Positions 46,201 through 48,568 of a DNA stretch of 48,568 bases are shown here, one piece after another (the first letter of the stretch is position 1; each line of letters begins with the position of its first letter). Origin of the DNA: Blastocatellia bacterium (GTDB lineage Bacteria; Acidobacteriota; Blastocatellia; UBA7656); assembly GCA_023265195.1 (NCBI GenBank), contig JAHFUG010000004.1, positions 1 through 48,568 on the forward strand, written 5' to 3'. The notes below the pieces were generated by a model. That model saw only the letters and a program-made list of their open reading frames with translations, was not told the origin of the DNA and did no database searches. Both the position numbers and the translations under genes were made by a program.

Positions 46201-48336
46201 CTTGTTGGAGCCAATTCGGTGACGATTACTTCGTACACAGCCGGCAACAGACAGATAACGGTTTCGCCGGCATTGCCTTCGGCGCCAAACGCGGGAGACG
46301 CGTTCAGGATCGACCCGGGCAGCGCCGCGCTTAGCGCGGCTCAAGAAGCCTTCAAGCAACGGCTGCTCGTCACGCTCTCGAGCAACTACAACGTGAGCTC
46401 GGTCGTTCAATATCCTGTCTCCGTCTCAACCACCGGGACCGAAGAGCCGGTCGCGCCGAACCTCTACGGACAAATCGTAAATGCGGCTGGAGGATCATCG
46501 CGGCAAGACGTGGCGCTTTCGACCGCTAAGATCGCGCTCTCCACTCCAGGCTCATTGCTGACATTCCTCTTCGACTCCAGCGTTGCCGCCCAGGCCTCGG
46601 CGCAGGTGAACATGCAGTATCAGGTCACTCACGTCGAACACGAGATAGCCGAGTCCGGCCGGATCGAAGGCTACACGTCGTCTTCCTGGCTGACGTTGAT
46701 CACAAGTCCGCTGGGAACGTGGCCAGCCGGTAATTCAATGCCGGTTGGTGAAACCTCGATCCCGATTCCTCTTCGCGCGTACCCGACCCCGCCATCGCTG
46801 TTGCAACAAGCAGCCGTGCCCGGACCTTCGGAAGAACCGGTCGCTCCGGAGCCTTCCGCTACGCTCGCTTCTCAGCGGCTGTGGCGTTACGAGTGTCAGT
46901 ACCAACAGATGTACATCGCGCAGGACACGGTCGGGTCAAACATCCTGTTCAATGTTCCTCCGGCTCAGCAGCCCAGGGCTCGGCTGATGGCGAGTGAACC
47001 TGATTTATTCGATTGGCTCGCTCGATTCTCGTACGAGTATCCGCTGATTCAATCGGGTCTCGCGAAGATACCGGCTGCTCCACATGGCGATCCAGTCGCT
47101 ACCTTCGCCATGCAGCGATTCGCCGAACTTGTGTGGGGCGCGGCCTTCGGGACGCCGTTGACGGCGCCGGTTCCTCAACCGCCGCCGCCATACACAAACG
47201 GCCCGTGGGCGCGGTGGGTCACCGGCGGCGCGGCGAGCCCGCTGTTAGGCGCGATGGCCCAGCAGCTCACTCAGTACCAATACAGCTACCAGATCGAAGA
47301 GAACCCGGCGGACGGAAACGCGAGCATAGAACTGATCGCCGGCAATTCATCATATCCATTCCCGGACATCAAGATCGAAATCGCGTCCGACACGGTGACA
47401 GGCAACGTGTCGACCACCGGTTTCAACGGCGGCAATGGGTTGTCTTCCGTAGATGACTCGTACGTGGGGAGCAGCGTCACCTTCACAAGGGGACTGCTCA
47501 CCGGCCAATCGAGCGTAATCACCGCATACACTGGCGCAAGCCGCACGATCTCGATTTCGCCCGCTCTCAGCCAGACGCCCAGCGTCAACGACACGTTTGT
47601 TATCAACACGCTTGTTACACCTGACCTGGGGTCAGGTTCGGCGACTTATGCCTACGCGAATCCCAACCCGTCGAGCACGCTCGTTCGCACGTTGGTGTTT
47701 AACAAGCTCGACGTAATGAGCACCGAGAACGCCTGGGGAGGCGTGCAGTTGGCGCGCAACAAGTTCCTGGTTTCCGGGGCGGCTACTAATCCCGAGTTTG
47801 TCTACCAGACGCCGATCGTCAGGTTCGTGAATATAGTCACGCCGATGATCGATTCAACCGAGCCGGTTAACATCGCCGAAATCCAGCCAGTGAATCCGGC
47901 TACTACGCTCGAATACTATCTCTGCGTGATGTTCAAGGCGTTGTTTGCGCCGTCAGGTTCACTACGAGGAGGTCAGGAGAGCGGCAGCAGGACGATCCGA
48001 GTCGGCTGCACATACGGGTACGACATTCTAGCCAGCGAGGCTGCCAGCGACAGTCAGCAGGTGATCGTTACCGTGCCGGTGCTGCATACACCGCCGTTCG
48101 AGTTCAACCTGAGCACGGACGTTGGATCGGATTGCACGGTCGCGCCGACTTCAGGATTTGTATGCCAGCTTGGCCAAGCCATTCGCACGTGGTTCAGCGG
48201 CTACAATCCGAGCACGACTGGCGGTGTTTTTACATTCGACATGAGCGTATTCGCCGGACTCAGTCAGACGAATCTGCCGGTGCTGCGGCTTCGCGATTTG
48301 TTTTTGAGATATGACGCGATCAATCCACCCTTGTGA
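37270..48336 (+). CDS. Uncharacterised giant protein, 3,688 aa
   Basis: Uninterrupted 11,067-nt ORF. AAGGAG lies 6 nt upstream of the ATG and the gene starts 24 nt after the preceding gene. Has no signal peptide, a beta-rich core (~aa 1100-1460) and six ~72-aa repeats between aa 1786 and 3447. Confidence 0.9.
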   Translation: MSPLTFNLIPGTQLYSAVCGSAEAGSDGPQVFYLIESSAPPPRISLLDSWRTYQGYYVFVEAGVTDPAAFARRLLQYLSGEAGGGQGFLWVFNPNDSTEPLNVIPLSVSGFQTTPATFNFRNNILVVGYGCAITADTQNNRFVISQPSTDNNRIYLQVNWGGATLTDAVGSTVYIPLCGAGSGCLQFQASLIESYLDGTHLDAALRYFIDDNSRPQPGFLTSQRYPLLSLAGGSLSLMVNLNPLDPTDASRSYFSFTEQAGGGTADQAPIGSYFRTNAGLPVMLAPQPNARFVFAPNPQATSPDANDPLYLVPSGDFLMSSESGAGNRLQGGNAPHGPRLICGIGGNEYFDLLSGGQSNILSFTPGNAAYVPGLGSQQAPENDPLQGNATTSWITVKPAPTAEVNYYAQPQNAELYAEGFPSGSTSNESSAGDSGARILGFLEVAAIGFTAGSPVPLVPLAPYAGIEYASISPDAVQRIETGVLAPFRRTTLGYGANAAAPIAAPPAPNSTTPQGLLANVSGSNWNSLLLGQSSDGSRQFLVNVASSNQLQQALQTNQQFIVVTDLKGVAYFQSQISIGGWTFDFSTQPKPPAGDYYNVLIFKYYSASIKELAAATQMWTNPSQFNAKPSDVSTWLGSYIQDAENQVSGGNTRFQSFVDLVNDGSWNGVLGLNVYIPPGELPPEVQGLLGGIDLSKFSAHHFGIETNSVGSGFTLTRSSLFALISYDNTSSGIGAPRADGDYSFKVLTLQVVFANSEVTDFNSQIQVTINNLFDVGANLEGGKDNSVVLQGTYESHNGASTYSFTAAGTYTFKLDSDLITDVTFTKVQFTTVSAAAGGGDITSTFAFWGSIKFGTLAGFDFFSFDDLAFAGLSLSFTFNTANIGGDNLPIQSFTFDPGDIRFDVSISKARQQSLLEYFPLRLTGFTYASGGVSISDLGYVQVASPIANLAGDVTYALMFELDLGSIGALASPLKGFAADLVAGWNPQSPGKVAFGVKLPESSGGKLQIGIQGVLLLTIQNFEFTTLPAKDSTPQRYVLYMRGCTLEMFGATVPSSGSFSFVFFAPTEESASAALSNLGWFVAYSKGSNGAGQLEAGDGESSTFFALSYLGLGQRVVVPGGLDDANTVSGVLDAMASKLTPDLTGDALNEQLARIYDSDAGWIVGGEFTILETITLGAVYYDPSLYGLLAGIAKGKLGPLGGFNFEILYKKVTDTIGVYQIQLTLPDSLRQLQFGEVSITIPVIGIDIYTNGNFKIDVGFPNGTDFSNSLTIQVFPFIGAGGFYYARLSSGTATDLPAIPQGAFDPVLEFGFGLSLGVGKTINVGILSAGVSVTFAGILEGTVAYWVPPNQSSSGAAVLFNKAPDYYAISGQVAIVGTLYGVVDFGIVKASLTVTISAGATLTWQAYQDLSLSVYARVSVSLEVVIGGFKIFGIRIEIKIRFSFSASISYTWTFPDNRIPPWSAGPAFATDSRFLAGAAPIGPIQWNSITINTSKVPVVLYFSPQVTVAIPPDADSTQAQFVALLTMNTTAASGPADFDNLASALLAWAVTLYAGLTSYNPGLPVTADGIQALNDLLSTPGASVNDGPAPLNYSNISNFLFNNFAASLQGVPEQTGSTTSQQTTVFPMIPDLSLSATGQPTTSYSAGSVAENYLRDISDYFAMLLVNFDPSQSSNGALAAGAGPSMPTVIFQDFFALVITASISQAYQTMTGSNPPATLGALLTSLQQSGGFVNVAGQASRFLLHGLQLPEQFNLPRNEWANLVTEPLYWLTRQQSLLEPIGVNGSVSDAAPMAGSFNAEGGLAEVDGFYVGYSITFLTGALSSQTQTISGYTAAAKAITVAQPFTAPPANSDKFLLAVFATSSVAAGGETSSTFTGAGLPAIDNYFVDYILTFTGGALNGLSSAVTAYVGAALQITVSPAFPSAPATGDAFEITPYAASLSVNTNPAPQYPWFTASATNPPAAVLAPGAIGTIQSLVSTKFAPKVTVAALPNLSRQPKNFALQRTTPWQLIDDSGSQSKVIDNWTILPFPSTLMDQLADEATPLPELLLMAGTAGSNDPPIVPTGLAFNWATLVNLSVQQIPTTGGAFLTNTYQVNGTDETGRNLLYQLLVQLGAANAPAIDNIYLLFQPRQQSQQGLVSETIIQRSSSVLMKVNLTTESAPPSAGFAARLLMDSAEPPADAYNAMIDQYAEFLRLVWECSIVNAGGYYLYYLNSSQSNNGLPAYLFSAGTTAAVTLLVTFKAGSAAANFNNAAVITNPGQVPANPVFFAQASNMLDWRPTIAAGSVAFSLTTADPSQSFSMPASAKDFASSNGRVTRDDVIAAMTASNMDPASAEFAAATAENDLLTMFNLLTYRITNNGAFNTSIQGLPVGPIQEDGNPDNGTWNYQQGVSVYPWCNTGGAAQNKDPYAGVGNKITLSFELLDIFGNEMPSITPLPALTTNYLYFDDLIPVTSWTGVRVGYLCTTNAGVSTLEVNLTFEPSVFQTITSSSVSDPSPTSGSFKGASSLSSTDGAYVNGTIQFNSGALAGQSSVITAYIGATREITVSPGFSGAPANDDGFTITVWNQQQAAQSLDYFELIGYQLGGQGVGITLTTSLAPTVTATIQANQFTGQSGFVTGITSFLEAIAASNQKPPAPEPLVLSAPITLADREANPNNIFEVTVTLTVARESSLVDPSVNTIQPGVTPPLPLMVSSPIPPRVGNTATTAVAGSVSAASFNGGPNLSSVDGFYTGGVVTFTSGRLTGQTSSVTEYTGATKAITVAPAFTGAPVGGDAFTLTPKMTLAPFAQEFEAAFTEMRAATGLGSAGPLSVWAVRIATIQPGAEGITVAVNSGNPVFFAPKPLSNTLLSRPDANHPDPVMVMPYVSGQGDQPMIPMNFAGVDLDVFARGFLLAIDQFLSPAIAVPARQLNAGYYLAVITAKEALADAIKLGVTTILETNGSVSGAASTTSFNAAPGIAPTDGSYAGSKLTFTSGSLVGANSVTITSYTAGNRQITVSPALPSAPNAGDAFRIDPGSAALSAAQEAFKQRLLVTLSSNYNVSSVVQYPVSVSTTGTEEPVAPNLYGQIVNAAGGSSRQDVALSTAKIALSTPGSLLTFLFDSSVAAQASAQVNMQYQVTHVEHEIAESGRIEGYTSSSWLTLITSPLGTWPAGNSMPVGETSIPIPLRAYPTPPSLLQQAAVPGPSEEPVAPEPSATLASQRLWRYECQYQQMYIAQDTVGSNILFNVPPAQQPRARLMASEPDLFDWLARFSYEYPLIQSGLAKIPAAPHGDPVATFAMQRFAELVWGAAFGTPLTAPVPQPPPPYTNGPWARWVTGGAASPLLGAMAQQLTQYQYSYQIEENPADGNASIELIAGNSSYPFPDIKIEIASDTVTGNVSTTGFNGGNGLSSVDDSYVGSSVTFTRGLLTGQSSVITAYTGASRTISISPALSQTPSVNDTFVINTLVTPDLGSGSATYAYANPNPSSTLVRTLVFNKLDVMSTENAWGGVQLARNKFLVSGAATNPEFVYQTPIVRFVNIVTPMIDSTEPVNIAEIQPVNPATTLEYYLCVMFKALFAPSGSLRGGQESGSRTIRVGCTYGYDILASEAASDSQQVIVTVPVLHTPPFEFNLSTDVGSDCTVAPTSGFVCQLGQAIRTWFSGYNPSTTGGVFTFDMSVFAGLSQTNLPVLRLRDLFLRYDAINPPL
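42625..42840 (+). repeat. Giant-protein module R1 (aa 1786-1857)
   Basis: VSDAAPMAGSFNAEGGLAEVDGFYVGYSITFLTGALSSQTQTISGYTAAAKAITVAQPFTAPPANSDKFLLA. Confidence 0.85.
42859..43074 (+). repeat. Giant-protein module R2 (aa 1864-1935), in tandem with R1
   Basis: VAAGGETSSTFTGAGLPAIDNYFVDYILTFTGGALNGLSSAVTAYVGAALQITVSPAFPSAPATGDAFEITP. Confidence 0.85.
44746..44964 (+). repeat. Giant-protein module R3 (aa 2493-2565)
   Basis: VSDPSPTSGSFKGASSLSSTDGAYVNGTIQFNSGALAGQSSVITAYIGATREITVSPGFSGAPANDDGFTITV. Confidence 0.85.
45397..45612 (+). repeat. Giant-protein module R4 (aa 2710-2781)
   Basis: VAGSVSAASFNGGPNLSSVDGFYTGGVVTFTSGRLTGQTSSVTEYTGATKAITVAPAFTGAPVGGDAFTLTP. Confidence 0.85.
46099..46317 (+). 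repeat. Giant-protein module R5 (aa 2944-3016)
   Basis: VSGAASTTSFNAAPGIAPTDGSYAGSKLTFTSGSLVGANSVTITSYTAGNRQITVSPALPSAPNAGDAFRIDP. Confidence 0.85.
47395..47610 (+). repeat. Giant-protein module R6 (aa 3376-3447)
   Basis: VTGNVSTTGFNGGNGLSSVDDSYVGSSVTFTRGLLTGQSSVITAYTGASRTISISPALSQTPSVNDTFVINT. Confidence 0.85.
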
Positions 48337-48442
48337 AACTTTGGTGGCCGTTCGCCACAGATGAACACGGATAAACACAGATCAAAATAGAAACAAAACC
48401 CGACTTCATGCAATGGCTCGCTTGCCGCGGCTTCTTGAACCT

Positions 48443-48568
48443 TCATTCGTTCCTTAAGTTCAGAACTCCTGATCTCATCCAGAGATTCCAGAGACTTAGA
48501 AGGGCTCCGAGGAAAATGACCTGAGCCCAGTTTCGGCCTGCCTGAGTGGTATCAGGAACGATTCTCAA
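48443..48568 (-). CDS. Possible 3' end of a gene entering from the right edge (41 aa, hydrophobic tail)
   Basis: My minus-strand translation from the window end reads LRIVPDTTQAGRNWAQVIFLGALLSLWNLWMRSGVLNLRNE, then stop (TGA, 48445..48443). Too short to classify. Confidence 0.25.
   Translation of the reverse strand: MRIVPDTTQAGRNWAQVIFLGALLSLWNLWMRSGVLNLRNE

Noticed and set aside
37431-48378. Numerous 60-190-aa antisense or out-of-frame ORFs inside the giant gene (e.g. 40738..41319, 39889..40371, 45970..46410)
   Set aside because: All are embedded in the uninterrupted 11-kb ORF and are Arg-rich shadow frames.
48443-48568. VPD...hydrophobic...basic C-terminus read as a PEP-CTERM sorting signal
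   Set aside because: About 10 residues separate VPD from the helix and no Arg cluster follows it, so it does not fit the PEP-CTERM pattern. It is kept only as a low-confidence partial ORF.

Overview
Chromosomal window, about 55-62% GC by hand counts. It probably comes from a Gram-negative soil-type bacterium; an Acidobacteria-like flavour is inference only. Contents from left to right:
- A truncated SWIM+SNF2 helicase (-) and a decayed DUF433 gene.
- A cobalamin lower-ligand/salvage cluster on the + strand: PduO-type adenosyltransferase, Cys-rich CWC protein, cytoplasmic BtuF-like binding protein and cobU. An intervening secreted metallophosphoesterase is followed by bluB-cobT-cobS-cobC.
- A decayed NRPS locus on the - strand: cyclic-peptide-type ABC exporter, type II thioesterase and a 62-aa condensation-domain stub.
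- msrPQ, an orphan FtsX-type permease and a Zn-ribbon membrane protein.
- An 886-aa FHA/T2SSE_N/FHA/TM/propeller protein and an EndoIII-like glycosylase.
- A palindrome with 47-bp arms, then a low-GC (about 45%) two-gene cassette and tRNA-Arg(ACG).
- An HD-domain dNTPase-like protein, a TPR/PEGA protein, a YpdA-like reductase and sucC without sucD.
- A secreted BNR double propeller, atpD-atpC, a 293-aa hypothetical, a Zn-ribbon coiled-coil protein and TlpA.
- The last 12.5 kb hold a tightly coupled pair of uncharacterised genes. One encodes a 468-aa Lys-tailed protein. The other encodes a 3,688-aa giant protein with six copies of a ~72-aa module and a beta-rich core.

That gene pair is my top candidate for an undescribed system. 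Also present are a dispersed ~160-bp element with a variable heptanucleotide array (two copies) and several REP-like hairpins. I saw no CRISPR array, rRNA, transposase or integrase.
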